NCBI GenBank assembly: GCA_963808735.1
Contig: CAWEHE010000012.1
Coordinates: 55,051 to 119,050 of the forward strand
Source of the DNA: an uncultured Thermoleophilia bacterium
GTDB taxonomy: Bacteria > Actinomycetota > Thermoleophilia > UBA2241
DNA length: 64,000 nt
Direction: 5' to 3'
This document shows, in pieces, positions 1 through 9,880 of the stretch (position 1 is the stretch's first letter; every line of letters begins with the position of its first letter). The notes under the pieces are model-generated. The model was given only the letters and a program-made list of their open reading frames with translations, had not been told where the DNA came from and did no database searches. The position numbers and the translations under genes were made by a program.

Positions 1-477
1 ACCGATGCCGGTGGCCGCCGCGACCGCGGCGCCGGCCCAGTCGTCGTTCTGCAGGGCCGGCTCCACCTGATCGGTCATCACGGCGTCCATCTGCGCCTGG
101 TCGAGGGGGAACTGCTGGTCGACCGAGTACGCGTAGGCGCGGTCGTCGACGGCCACGGCCAGCAGCACATCGTTGAGGCCGAGGTCGCTCTCGACGGCCG
201 TCTGGTCGGCCCACTCCTGGGCGCCCATCCCCGAGAACGTGTCCACGTAGGTCACCCACAACTGCACGTGCTCGCCGTCCTGCAGCTGGCCGATCGCCTG
301 TTCGACGCCGGTCCGGCCGTCGCCGAGCACCGCGGCGCGGTCCTCGATCTGGGTGGCCAGGCGGAACGGCTGCTCCGCGACGGCGAGCGCCGGGAACGCG
401 AGTGCAGCGAGCAGGAGCACGAGGAGGAAGACGGACCAGACCAGCGTGGACCGGCACTGCGAGCGCGACCCGGGCAT
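1..477 (-). CDS. TPM domain-containing protein (N-terminal part; C-terminus lies beyond the window start)
   Basis: Manual reverse translation from ATG at 477 gives MPGSRSQCRSTLVWSVFLLVLLLAALAFPALAVAEQPFRLATQIEDRAAVLG...VQLWVTYVDTFSGMGAQEWADQTAVESDLGLNDVLLAVAVDDRAYAYSVDQQFPL. This is a signal/TM segment followed by the TPM (DUF477-like) core. Close paralog of 681..2737. Confidence 0.7.
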   Translation of the reverse strand, partial: MPGSRSQCRSTLVWSVFLLVLLLAALAFPALAVAEQPFRLATQIEDRAAVLGDGRTGVEQAIGQLQDGEHVQLWVTYVDTFSGMGAQEWADQTAVESDLGLNDVLLAVAVDDRAYAYSVDQQFPLDQAQMDAVMTDQVEPALQNDDWAGAAVAAATGIG

Positions 478-533
478 GACGTCCCCTCCTCGAGCACGAG
501 CGTGTGCAGAAGCTGCGCGTCGCGGCGGGCGCC

Positions 534-590
534 GCGCTGCGCGCAACATACCCGCGATGCGGCCATTCGATGCCGGGACAGGAGGCCGGC
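534..590. repeat. Conserved upstream segment shared by the two tandem TPM genes (copy 1)
   Basis: gcgctgcgcgcaacatacccg...tcgatgccgg here matches gcgctgcgcgcagcatacccg...tcgataccgg at 2775-2830. Both copies lie just upstream (minus strand) of a TPM gene start. Confidence 0.5.
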
Positions 591-680
591 GGGCGGCGCC
601 GCCGCCCGGGCCCCGGACCGGGCTGCTTCGCTCGTGTCACGGTCCGCTCGGCGCCGCATCGTCGTGGGCGCTTGGCTTGT

Positions 681-2737
681 CTAGAACCGCCCGCCGCCGC
701 CGAGGCGCATGCGCGTGGCGCCGCCGCCGAACCCCGGCGGCCCGAATCGGCCGCCGCTCATACCGCCGATGAGGACCTGTGCGAGGATGCCTCCGATGAC
801 CATGGCGGCCACCACCCCGCCGCCCCCGGAGAGGCCGCCGGGGGACTGCTGGACCACCCCCGACTGTTCCTGCGCCGCCGCGAACGCCTCCTCCGCCAGC
901 TCCCCGGCGCGGGCCGCGTGCTGGGCTGCGGCCTCGGGGTCGGTGGCCGCGAGCTGCTCGGCCCGCTGCAGCTCGCGCCGCGCCTCGGCCAGGGTGGTGC
1001 GCGGCCCGGCGTCGACGCCGCCGCGGTGCGTGCGGATGAAGTCGTCGGCGGAGGCCAGCGAGGAGCGCGCGGCGCCGGAGGTGCGGTCGTAGGACTCGGC
1101 CGCCTTGGCGCGCCGCGCGGCCTGGTCGCGCACGTACTGCAGCGCCTGCTCGAGTGCGTCGTCGGCGTCCTTGAGGCGGCGCAGGGCGCCGAGCGGGTCG
1201 CGGCCGCCGGCCGGGCCCGCCGCGTCGGCGGAGGCGGCCACGGCGGCCTCGGCCGTGTCGACGAGCAGCTGCAGCTGGGGGCCGCCGCTGGTGCGCGCCT
1301 CGGCGATGTCGCGGCGCGTCTCGGCGATGGCCTCGTCGATCAGCGTCTGCGCCTGCGTGAGGTCGCCGCGCAGGCGCTCGACCGAGTCGAGGAGCTGCTG
1401 CGCCTGGCCGACGGCGGCCTCGGCGGCCAGCGCGTCGACGGCGGCCTCGCCCTGGCGGCCCGCCGCGAGGTCCTCGCGGCCGGCGGCGATCTGCTGCCGC
1501 GCGAACTCGAGGCGCGCGGCGGCGTCGGCCGGCGCCGCGGCGACCGGCGCCACCGCCGCGGCGGCGTACACGCCGGAGAGCTCGGCGAGCAGCGCCCTCG
1601 ACCTGCGGCCGGCGCGCCTCCAGCTCGCCGGCCTGCGCCTCGAGGCGCTCGAGGACGGCGGGGGCGTTGCGCTCGAGGTCGCGCAGCTTGTCGAAGCGGT
1701 CGGCCTCGGCGTCGAGCCCGGCGTTGGCGGCGCCCGTGTGCGCGAGGACCTGCGTGAGCAGCTCGCGCTGGGCGGCCTCGTCCTGGGTCTCCTCGAGCTG
1801 CTTGCGCAGCTTGAAGGCCGCGTCGAGCTCGGCCTGGGCCTTCTCGAGCGCCGCCTTGAAGGGCGCCGCCTGCTCGTCGCCGAACTGCGCCGCCGCGAAG
1901 CCCAGCTCCTCCGTGCTGGTCTTGACGGCGTCGTCGGTCTCGACGAGGGCGGCGTTGGCCTGGCGGCGGAGCTCGTCGAGGGGGACGGGCGGGGCCGTGG
2001 CGCGGCGGCGGCGCTGCGACGCGAGCGCCTCGTGACCGCCACGACGACGGCGACGACGCCGGCCATGATGACCACCATCACGACGATGGTGACCACCCAG
2101 ATCGCCGTCGTCAGCGCGTCGAAGGTGCGGGAGATGGAGTCGACGGCGTCCGGGATGCTGGGTGAACTCCGTGGGCGGCGTGCTCGTGAGCTCCTGGATC
2201 ATGCCGGTGGCGGCACCCACGGCCGCGGCGGCCCACTCGTCCTGCTGCAGGGCGGGCTCCACCTTCTGGATCATGACGTCGTCCATCTGCGCCTGCGTGA
2301 GGGGGAAGTCCTGGTCGACCGAGTAGGCGTAGGCGCGGTCCTCCACCGCCACGGCGAGGAGCACGTCGTTCAGGCCGAGGTCGCTCCTGATCGCCGTCTT
2401 GTCCGCCCAGTCCTGGGCGTCCATGCCCGAGAACGTGTCGACGTAGACGACCCACAGCTGCACCTTGCCGACAGTCTGGAGCGCCTTGACGGCCGTCGCG
2501 ACCGCCGGCTCCGTGTCGCCGAGCACCGCGGCGCTGATCCTCGATCTGCGACGCGAGCCGGAAGGGACGCTCCCCGTACGACGCGGCCGGCAGCGCAAGC
2601 AACGCCACGAACGCCAGGAGCACGAGGGCCACGAGGAGGCCCGGGGCGCGTGAGACGCGAGCCGGCGGCCGGACTCCGCGGTCGCCGGCCGCGTGCGGTG
2701 CGAACGTGACGCCGGCATCAGTCCCCTTCCTTGCCAA
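681..2737 (-). CDS. TPM domain-containing membrane protein with long coiled-coil and Gly-rich C-terminus (Rv2345-like architecture); frameshifted as assembled
   Basis: Minus ORF pieces 2111..2737, 637..2922 and 681..2096 concatenate into one protein. Order: signal/TM (LLVALVLLAFVALLALPAASYG), TPM core (VQLWVVYVDTFSGMDAQDWADKTAIRSDLGLNDVLLAVAVEDRAYAYSVDQDF), TM (TIVVMVVIMAGVVAVVVAV), long Ala/Glu/Arg/Leu coiled-coil, then a GGxxGG-rich tail. At least 4 frame changes (near 2530, 2160, 2035, 1600). Stop is TAG at 681-683. Confidence 0.7.
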
Positions 2738-2774
2738 CGGGTGGACGAGTGACCTGCGCGCCGCAGCGGGCGTC

Positions 2775-2830
2775 GCGCTGCGCGCAGCATACCCGTGCGC
2801 TCCCCAGTCGATACCGGCGCGAAGACGCCG
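2775..2830. repeat. Conserved upstream segment shared by the two tandem TPM genes (copy 2)
   Basis: See 534..590. About 55-60 nt are alignable by eye with few mismatches. Confidence 0.5.
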
Positions 2831-2897
2831 CGGAGCGGGACCTCCATCGCCGGCGGGCCGAAGTGCCGCGACGGGACTGGTCTAGTATGGGTCCGGC

Positions 2898-3877
2898 GTG
2901 AGCTCCCTGATCGACCCATCATCTGCCCGGAAGCGGGCGCGTGACCTCGGCGCGCTCGCGCTCATCGTGCTCGCTCCCATCTGGGGGTACGGCTGGGTCG
3001 CAGGCAAGATCGCCGTCGGCTACAGCCCGGCCATGACCTTCTCGGCCATGCGCACGGCGCTCGGGGCGGCGTGCCTGCTGCTGGTCCTCGCCGCCACGCG
3101 CCGCTCGTTCCGGCCGCCGCCCCTGGCGTACACCGCGATCATCGGCCTGCTGCAGACCACCGCGTTCGTCGGCCTGAACACCCTGGGCCTCGCCGGCGCC
3201 GGCGCGGGCAAGGTCGCCGTGCTCACGTACACCATGCCGTTCTGGCTGCTGCTGCTCGCGTGGGCGTTCCTCGGCGAGCGCCTCCGCGGGCTGCAGTGGC
3301 CCGCGGTGGTCCTCGCCTTCGCCGGCCTCCTCCTGGTGGTGAGCCCCTGGACGCTGCAGGGCCTGTGGCCCAGCCTCGTCACCGTGCTCGGCGGCCTGGC
3401 GTGGGCCGGCAGCGCCCTCGTCGTCAAGCTCATGCAGCGCAAGCACCCCGCACGTGGACGTGCTCTCGCTGACGACGTGGCAGATGACGATCGGCTGCCT
3501 GCCGCTCATCGCCATCGCCGTCGCCACCCAGAGCGGCTGGCCGGAGTGGACCGCCGGCTACATCTTCGGCCTCACCTACACCGTGGTCCTGGCCAACGCC
3601 GTGGCGTGGGTGCTGTGGCTGTTCGCCCTGCACCGCCTCTCGGCCGGGGAGGCAGGACTCGGGACGCTCGTCATCCCGGTGCTCGGCGTCATCCTGTCGT
3701 GGATCCAGCTCGGCGAGGTGCCGAGCAAGTGGGAGGCGATCGGCGGCCCCCTCATCATCGCCGGCCTCGCCCTGCTCGCCGTGCACGGCCTGCGCGCGGG
3801 ACGTCACGCGCCGGCCGCGCCCCCCGGAGCGTCCAGCGTGGAGGAGGAGCCGGCCGTCCAGCCGGTCACTGGACTAG
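2898..3877 (+). CDS. DMT superfamily (EamA-like) transporter, copy 1; frameshifted, 3' end uncertain
   Basis: ORF 2898.. reads LALIVLAPIWGYGWVAGKIAV...LLQTTAFVGLNTLGL...TYTMPFWLLLLAWAFLGERL. It then switches near 3450 into the frame of ORF 3454.. (DVLSLTTWQMTIGCLPLIAIA...VLANAVAWVLWLFALHRLSAGEAGLGTLVIPVLGVILSWIQLGE). This gives two EamA repeats. The reading frame has no stop until 4689, so the native stop was probably lost. The end is placed by analogy with the paralog at 4799..5672. Confidence 0.7.
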
Positions 3878-4592
3878 GACTCGCCGGCCGGCCGCTCGCT
3901 CCTCCGGCGGGCTTCCGCATCGTCACCCTGAACAGCCGGCGCGGCAGCGCGCCCTCCTCGAGCTCCGCGACCTCCAGCAGCTCGAAGCCCGCGGGCGAGC
4001 CGCTCGACGAGCGCCCGGTCGAAGAAGTGCACGATGAACCCGCCCGACTCGTACATGCCGTCGCCGTGCTCCGTGCCGGCGCCGGCGTCGGGGTCGCCCG
4101 TGTGGCGGGCCGTGTACACGAGCAGCCCGCCCGGCCGCAGCACCCGTGCGACCTCCGCCGTCAGCGCCTCGAGCTGCGCGGTCGTCAGCGCCATGCAGAA
4201 CAGCAGGTGCGCGTAGCAGGCGTCGGCCGACGCGTCGGGCGAGCGGGAGCGGCTCGCGCACGTCGTGCCGCCGCACGGCGACGGCGCCGGAGAGGCCGGC
4301 GGCCGCGGCGGCGCCGGCCAGGTCGTCGAGCGCCGTCTGGGAGTAGTCGAGCGCGAGCACGCGCAGGCCGCTCCTCGCGAAGAACAGGGTGTCGCGGCCC
4401 TGGCCGGCGCCGAGCTCCAGCACGTCGCGCCGGCCCTCCGCGCGCGAACAGCGCGGCCGCCGCCAGGGCCGCCGCGCTCGGCTCGCCGCCGTACCTGTCC
4501 GGACGACCCTCGAAGGCGGCGTCCCAGTGCTCGCACTGGGCGTCGAGCCGCGCGCCGTCCGGCGTCGCGTCCTGTCCTCTGCCGTCCTGCAT
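3874..4592 (-). CDS. Class I SAM-dependent methyltransferase; frameshifted
   Basis: Pieces from minus ORFs 4185..4625, 3923..4423 and 3874..4815 join as MQDGRGQDATPDGARLDAQCEHWDAAFEGRPDRYGGEPS... / VLELGAGQGRDTLFFARSGLRVLALDYSQTALDDL (motif I, E/DxGxGxG) / ACYAHLLFCMALTTAQLEALTAEVARVLRPGGLLVYTARH...GFIVHFFDRALVERLA. After one more shift the typical tail GFELLEVAELEEGALPRRLFRVTMRK appears. At least 3 frame changes. Confidence 0.7.
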
Positions 4593-4798
4593 CGCTCCTC
4601 CCGGATCGCGTCCGCACTCCCTCACGGGTCCCGGCTATCATGGCAGACCGGCGGCCGCGGACCCATCCTGCGCGCATCGCGTAGGATGATGCCGTCGAAG
4701 CACCGTCCTCCTCCAGGGAGCCCGCCACGTCCGCCACGAAGCCGTCCAGCCCCACTCCCCTCGCGCACGCGGCCGCGACCTCGGGCTTCGCCGCCCTC

Positions 4799-5672
4799 GT
4801 GCTGCTGGCGTTCATCTGGGGCTACAACTGGGTCGTCATGAAGATCGGGCTCGCCTACGCCGAGCCCGTGACGTTCGCGGCGCTGCGCACCTTTCTCGCG
4901 GCGCTCGGGCTGCTGGTCATGCTCGCCGTCCTGCGCCGCCCGCTGCGGCCCGTGGCCGTCGGCTACACCGTCGTCATCGGCCTGCTGCAGACCACCGGGT
5001 TCGTCGGCCTGCTCATGCTGGCGCTCCAGAGCGGCGGCGCCGGCAAGACCTCGGTGCTCACCTACACCATGCCGTTCTGGCTGCTCATCCTCGCGTGGGC
5101 GTTCCTCGGCGAGCGGCCTGCGCGGTGCCCAGTGGCCGGCCGTGGGGCTGGCGCTCGCCGGCCTCCTCCTGGTGCTCAGCCCGTGGCAGCTCCAGGGGAC
5201 CCTGAGCAGCGTGCTCGCCGTCTGCGGCGCCGTCTGCTGGGCGGCCAGCGCCGTCGTGGTCAAGCGACTGCAGGCGAAGCGCCACGTGGACCTGCTGTCG
5301 CTCACCACGTGGCAGATGCTGTTCGGCTCGCTCCCCCTCGTCGCGCTCGCGCTCCTCCTTCCGCAGCAGGGGCCGGAGTGGACCGGCGTGTTCGTGCTCA
5401 CGCTCGCCTACAACGTCATCCTGGGGAACGCCGTGGCGTGGCTGCTGTGGCTGTACGGGCTGCGCAGGCTCCCGGCCGGAGCCGCCGGACTCGGCACACT
5501 GCTCACGCCGGTCATCGGCGTGGTCGCGGCGTGGCTGCAACTCGGGGAGCGGCCCGACGTGTGGGAGGCAGCCGGCATGGCGTTGATCGTCGGGGCTCTC
5601 GCGGTGGTCACGGTGCCGGGCCTGGCCGGCGGACGCGGGAGCGGCCCGGCAGTCGAGGAGGCGTCCGCGTGA
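4799..5672 (+). CDS. DMT superfamily (EamA-like) transporter, copy 2; frameshifted, true start probably upstream (ATG near 4687 in another frame)
   Basis: LLAFIWGYNWVVMKIGLAYAEPVTFAALRTF...LLQTTGFVGLLMLAL...TYTMPFWLLILAWAFLGER, then a shift near 5115 into ORF 5142..5672 (LLSLTTWQMLFGSLPLVALA...ILGNAVAWLLWLYGLRRLPAGAAGLGTLLTPVIGVVAAWLQLGE). Paralog of 2898..3877. TGA stop overlaps the mntP GTG (GTGA). Confidence 0.75.
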
Positions 5673-6229
5673 ACCTCCTCACGCTCCTCGGCATCGCCGT
5701 CGGCCTGGCCATGGACGCGTTCGCCGTGGCCATCGGCATCGGCCTGAACGCGCAGGACTGCGGTCTGCGCAAGACCGTGCGGCTCGCCTGGCACTTCGGC
5801 CTCTTCCAGGCGCTGATGCCGATCCTCGGCTGGCTGGCCGGCCGCTTCATCGAACAGTGGATCAGCGCCGTCGACCACTGGATCGCCTTCGGCCTGCTCG
5901 CCGGCATCGGCGGCCACATGATCTACGAGGCGCTGCACGGCGACGAGGAGGCCAAGGCTTCGTGCGACCCGACCCGCGGCCGCCGCCTGGTGCTCCTCTC
6001 CGTGGCCACGAGCATCGACGCCCTGGCCGTGGGCCTCTCCCTCGCCGTCCTCGGCGTGGACATCTGGTGGCCGGCCATCGTCATCGGCGTCGTGGCCTTC
6101 GCGTTCACCGCCGTCGGCCTGCACCTGGGACGGCGGTTCGGCGGCCTGCTCGGGCGCCGCGTGGAGATCGTCGGCGGGCTGATCCTCATCGGCATCGGGG
6201 TGAAGATCCTGCTCGACCACATGCTGTGA
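5669..6229 (+). CDS. mntP: Manganese efflux pump MntP (DUF204 family)
   Basis: VNLLTLLGIAVGLAMDAFAVAIGIGL...RLAWHFGLFQALMPILGWLAG...LLSVATSIDALAVGLSLAVLG...GGLILIGIGVKILLDHML shows the two DUF204 repeats with MDAF / SIDAL motifs. The frame is uninterrupted. The GTG start overlaps the preceding TGA. Confidence 0.85.
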   Translation: MNLLTLLGIAVGLAMDAFAVAIGIGLNAQDCGLRKTVRLAWHFGLFQALMPILGWLAGRFIEQWISAVDHWIAFGLLAGIGGHMIYEALHGDEEAKASCDPTRGRRLVLLSVATSIDALAVGLSLAVLGVDIWWPAIVIGVVAFAFTAVGLHLGRRFGGLLGRRVEIVGGLILIGIGVKILLDHML

Positions 6230-6266
6230 CGGGAGCGGGCCGGGCGCAGCCGGCCACCGGCGCGCC

Positions 6267-6934
6267 TCAGCCGCCGGTGAGGCGCCGGCAGAGCAGGCCG
6301 CCGAGGCCGGCCAGGTCCTCGGGCGGCAGGTAGTCCTCCGCGCCGGCGTCGAACAGCACGCGCGCGTCGCCGGGGTCCTCGTCGTCGCCGCGCCAGACGA
6401 GCACGGCGACGGGCACGCGCGGGAGCGCGCGTGAACGAGAAGGCGGCATCGGCGAGGTCGAGGGGCTCGCCGCCGGCCGCGCCGGCCGCCCGCGGCGAAC
6501 GCGTCGAGGCCGGCGGCATCCGCGCCGAACGCCCGCGCCAGCGGCTCCTCGGCGCGGGCCGCGAACGAGGCCGCGTAGAAGAGCCCGCCGGGCAGCTCAC
6601 GGTACGTCGCCCAGCTGCCCGCGGGCGGCGCGCCGGAGGCGCCGAGCAGGTAGTGGAGCAGCAGCACGGTGACGGCGACGTGCACGGCGCGCGGCGGCGC
6701 CGCGCCGGTCGCGCCGGCGCCGTCGACCGCGCCCACCTCGCCGCCCGGGTGCGTCACGAGGTGCGGCGCGCCGAAGAACGGCACCATGACGCCGCCGGGC
6801 CTCCGGATGCAGCCGGCGCGCGCCGCGCAGGCCGCCGCGTCGGCGGCGGCCCACTCCGCGCGCGCCTTGACCAGCGCGTCGGCGAACCGCCGCTCCACCG
6901 CGTCGCCGCCTCCTCCGTCGCGCTCGTCGTCCAT
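6267..6934 (-). CDS. DUF3786 domain-containing protein; one frameshift
   Basis: MDDERDGGGGDAVERRFADALVKARAEW...VMVPFFGAPHLVTHPGGEV...VTVLLLHYLLGASGAPPAGSWATYRELPGGLFYAASFAARAEEPLARAF, then a shift near 6440 into ORF 6267..6449 (VAVLVWRGDDEDPGDARVLFDAGAEDYLPPEDLAGLGGLLCRRL). The pattern matches my memory of DUF3786. The family has no known function. Confidence 0.55.
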
Positions 6935-7142
6935 CGCTCGGCTCCGCCCGTCGTCGCCCGGCCGCCACGCGCGCCATGCCGGCGCTCCCGCCGCGCCCGT
7001 CGCACGCGCCGCAGCGGACCCCGTCGCCCTCATGTCGGTGCGGCGTGCCGGCCGACTTTAGTCTGGAAGCGGCGTCGCGGTCACGCCGCGCGCGGAGTCC
7101 GGGGATCCACGTCGACAGAGACGGTGAAGCGGAGATGAGCCG

Positions 7143-8569
7143 ATGACGGGCACGCGAGAGCGCCGCGGCCGGCGGCCTCGTCCTGGCCACGCTCATCCTC
7201 GGGGCGAGCGTGGCCAACCTCAACATGTCCGTGGCCAACGTGGCGCTGCCCACCATCGACCGCGACCTCGGCGCCACGCAGACGCAGCTCGACCTGGTGG
7301 CGGTCGGCTTCACGCTCGGACTGGCGACCTCGGTGCTCTACCTCGGAGCGCTCGCCGACCGGCACGGCCGCAAGCTCATGCTGCTGCTCGGGCTGGGCCT
7401 CTCGATCCCGGCGGCGGCCATGGCGGCCTGGTCGGGCGACGTCAACGTGCTCATCCTCGCGCGCCTCTTCGGCGGCGTCGCCGCCGGCATGGCCTTTCCC
7501 ACCACGCTCTCGCTCATCACGGCGCTGCTCGAGCGGACAGAAGCGCACCCGCGGCATCGCCCTGTGGTCGGGCTGCGGCGGCGGCGCGGCCGCGCTCGGT
7601 CCCCTCCTCAGCGGCTTCCTGCTGCAGCACTTCTGGTGGGGCTCGGTGTTCGCCGTCACCATCCCCATCGCCGCCGTCGCTTTGGTCCTCGCCTTCTTCC
7701 TGATCCCGCGCGCACGCCGGCGAGTCCGTCGGAGTCCGTCGACGACTTCGGCGGCGTCGTCTCGGTGCTGTTCATCGGGGCGCTGATCATGGCCATCAAC
7801 CTGGCGCCGGTGCCCGGGCGCAGCACGGCCACCACCGTCCTGGGCGTCGGTGACCGTCGTCGGCCGGCGTCGTGTTCTTCTGGCGGCAGCGCCGCGCCCC
7901 CAACCCGCTCTTCGACCTCCACGTCGCCGCGCGGCGCCTCTTCTGGGTGGCCGCCGTGGCCGGCATCGTCGTCTTCGGCGCGCTGATGGGCTCGCTGTTC
8001 ATCGGCCAGCAGTTCCTGCAGGACGTCCTGGGGATGGACTCGCTCCAGGCCGGCGCCGCGATCCTGCCGACGCCCATCCTGATGGTCCTGCTGGCCCCGG
8101 TGTCGGCGCGACTCATCATGCGCCGGGGCGCGCGCCCGACGCTGATCCTCGGCTTCGTGTTCGTCATCGCCGGCTTCGCCACCATGCTCGCCTGGCGCGA
8201 GGCAGCAGGTACCTGCCCGTGGGCCTCGCGTACGCGTTCATCGGGGCCGGCGTCGGGCTGGCAGGGCCGCCGGCCACGCGCAGCATCATGAGCTCGGTGC
8301 CGCCGCGCCGCGCCGGCATGGGCTCGGCCACCACCGACCTGCAACGCGACCTGGGCGGCGCCGTGATGCAGAGCGTGCTCGGCGCCCTGCTCACGCTGCG
8401 CTACTCGAGGTTCTTCGCCGAGGCCTTCACGCAGGTGCCCGAGGAGAAGATGCAGGCGCTCGGCGACGAGGCCGCGACGGCCATCGCGAACTCGTTCGGC
8501 GGCGCCGCCGACGTGGCGAAGAACCTGCCGCAGGCCGACGCGGCCAAGCTCATGGACGCGGCCGAGTAG
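7143..8569 (+). CDS. MFS transporter, DHA2 (EmrB/QacA-like, 14-TM) family; multiple frameshifts and an in-frame TAG at 8567-8569
   Basis: Pieces include ...LVLATLILGASVANLNMSVANVALPTIDRDLGATQTQLDLVAVGFTLGLATSVLYLGALADRHGRKLMLLLGL...ARLFGGVAAGMAFPTTLSLI; ...RRLFWVAAVAGIVVFGALMGSLFIGQQFLQDVLGMDSLQAGAAILP; and ...YLPVGLAYAFIGAGVGLAGPPATRSIMSSVPPRRAGMGSATTDLQRDLGGAV. About 5 frame changes. After the TAG the same frame continues with a last TM helix (AFTEGSHLAIAMAVAVALAGLVLVLVAFPG), so the native gene probably extends to about 8700. Confidence 0.75.
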
Positions 8570-8687
8570 GCCTTCACCGAGGGCTCGCACCTGGCCATCG
8601 CCATGGCCGTGGCGGTGGCCCTCGCCGGCCTCGTGCTCGTGCTGGTGGCGTTCCCCGGCGAGAGCGCGAGCTGCAGACCGAGGCCGC

Positions 8688-9410
8688 CTACGCGGCCGCC
8701 GACGCAGGCGGGCCGGGGGACGCCGCGCCGCCCTCAGACCGCGGCGGCCGCCGCGTCACTCCGCCGGCAGCGCAGACGCCGACTCCGAGGCCTCCGGCGT
8801 CACGTAGCTGCGGCGGCTGCAGCACCTTGTCGATCACGAAGATCGACCAGCTCGGGCCCTCGATCACCTTCACCACGTTGGCGTCGTTCACCATCACGGC
8901 GCCGTCCTTCACGGTGAAGCGCACGGGGTACCCGAGGTAGGTGGCGACCTCGTAGTCCGTCCTCGATCTCGGAGATCTTGAGGTCCTCCACCGGGATGAC
9001 GTGGTAGTCCATCACCGTCTTGGCCCGGGCACGTTCTTGATGAGCTGCTCGAGGCCGAGGTCTCTTGAAGGCCTCGTCGTTGGGCGCGAGGATCGTGTAC
9101 GGGATGTCCTTCTTGAGGAGCGGAGTCGAGGCCGGCGGCGGCCACGGCGGCCACGAAGCCCTTGAGGTCGCCGGCCTTGGCCGCCTCGAGGAGGGTGCTC
9201 GGCCGAGACCGACGGCACCACCTGCGGCGTCACCGTGGGCGTCGGGCGTGTTCGTCGGCATGCCCCCCGGCCCCTCCGGCGACGACGCGGCGCCGGGGTG
9301 TCGGTCGAACCGCCGCAGGCGGCGGCCGGAGCACGAGGAGCCGCCGCGACCAGGAGCGATGACGGCGGCGACTCGCGTCCGCGCCGCCTCGGACGCATGG
9401 TGTGTGACAT
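8688..9410 (-). CDS. Fasciclin (FAS1) domain lipoprotein; heavily frameshifted
   Basis: N-terminus MSHTMRPRRRGRESPPSSLLVAAAPRAPAAACGGS (lipobox AAC). FAS1 fragments are scattered over three minus frames: TLLEAAKAGDLKGFVAAVAAAGLDS / PLLKKDIPYTILAPNDEAFK / DLGLEQLIKNVP / AKTVMDYHVIPVEDLKISEIEDG / RFTVKDGAVMVNDANVVKVIEGPSWSIFVIDKVLQPP. At least 5 frame changes in about 720 nt. Confidence 0.65.
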
Positions 9411-9456
9411 GTGCCTCCAGCCGGGACCGTTCATCGGCCGGCCTCGTCTGTCTTCT

Positions 9457-9835
9457 TCATGCCGCGTCCACGAGACTCGAGCCGGGCACGAGCATGCGCC
9501 AGCGCTTCCAGGGGACGATGCCTTCGATCTCGATCTCCAGCGAGAAGCTGAGGAACGTCCGGATGAGCACGATCAGGCCGAGCACCAGGACGTTCTCCAT
9601 CGTCGGGTCGACCGCGACCGTGCGGATGAGGTCGGCCGCCACGAGGATCTCGAGGCCCATGAGGATGCTCTTGCCGAAGTACGAGCGGATCCTCCGGTAG
9701 ACACCCTCGCGCTGCCCGCGCCGCAGGTTGTGGGCGGCGACGCACGAACCCCGCGACGAACCCGACGATGAGCACGGCCACGCCGATCGCCTCGAAGACG
9801 CGCGTGACGATGTCCATGACCTGGGTGAAGGTCAC
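9457..9835 (-). CDS. DUF1622 domain-containing membrane protein; frameshifted
   Basis: MTFTQVMDIVTRVFEAIGVAVLIVGFVAGFV... rejoins ORF 9457..9660 (GLEILVAADLIRTVAVDPTMENVLVLGLIVLIRTFLSFSLEIEIEGIVPWKR). One or two frame changes near 9730-9670. Confidence 0.6.
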
Positions 9836-9880
9836 CCTGCTCCCTCCTGCGTGCTCGGGCGTCGCGGGACGCCGCCAGCC

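Noticed and set aside
3871-3880. The CTAG palindrome giving TAG stops on both strands for the convergent DMT and methyltransferase genes.
   Set aside because: Both gene ends require additional frame corrections to reach it. It is probably coincidental, so it is used only as an approximate boundary.
8603-8917. ORF 8603..8917 (+) as an independent gene.
   Set aside because: Its first 30 codons are the continuation (last TM helix) of the MFS gene interrupted by TAG 8567-8569. The remainder is Arg/Pro-rich and antisense to the fasciclin gene.
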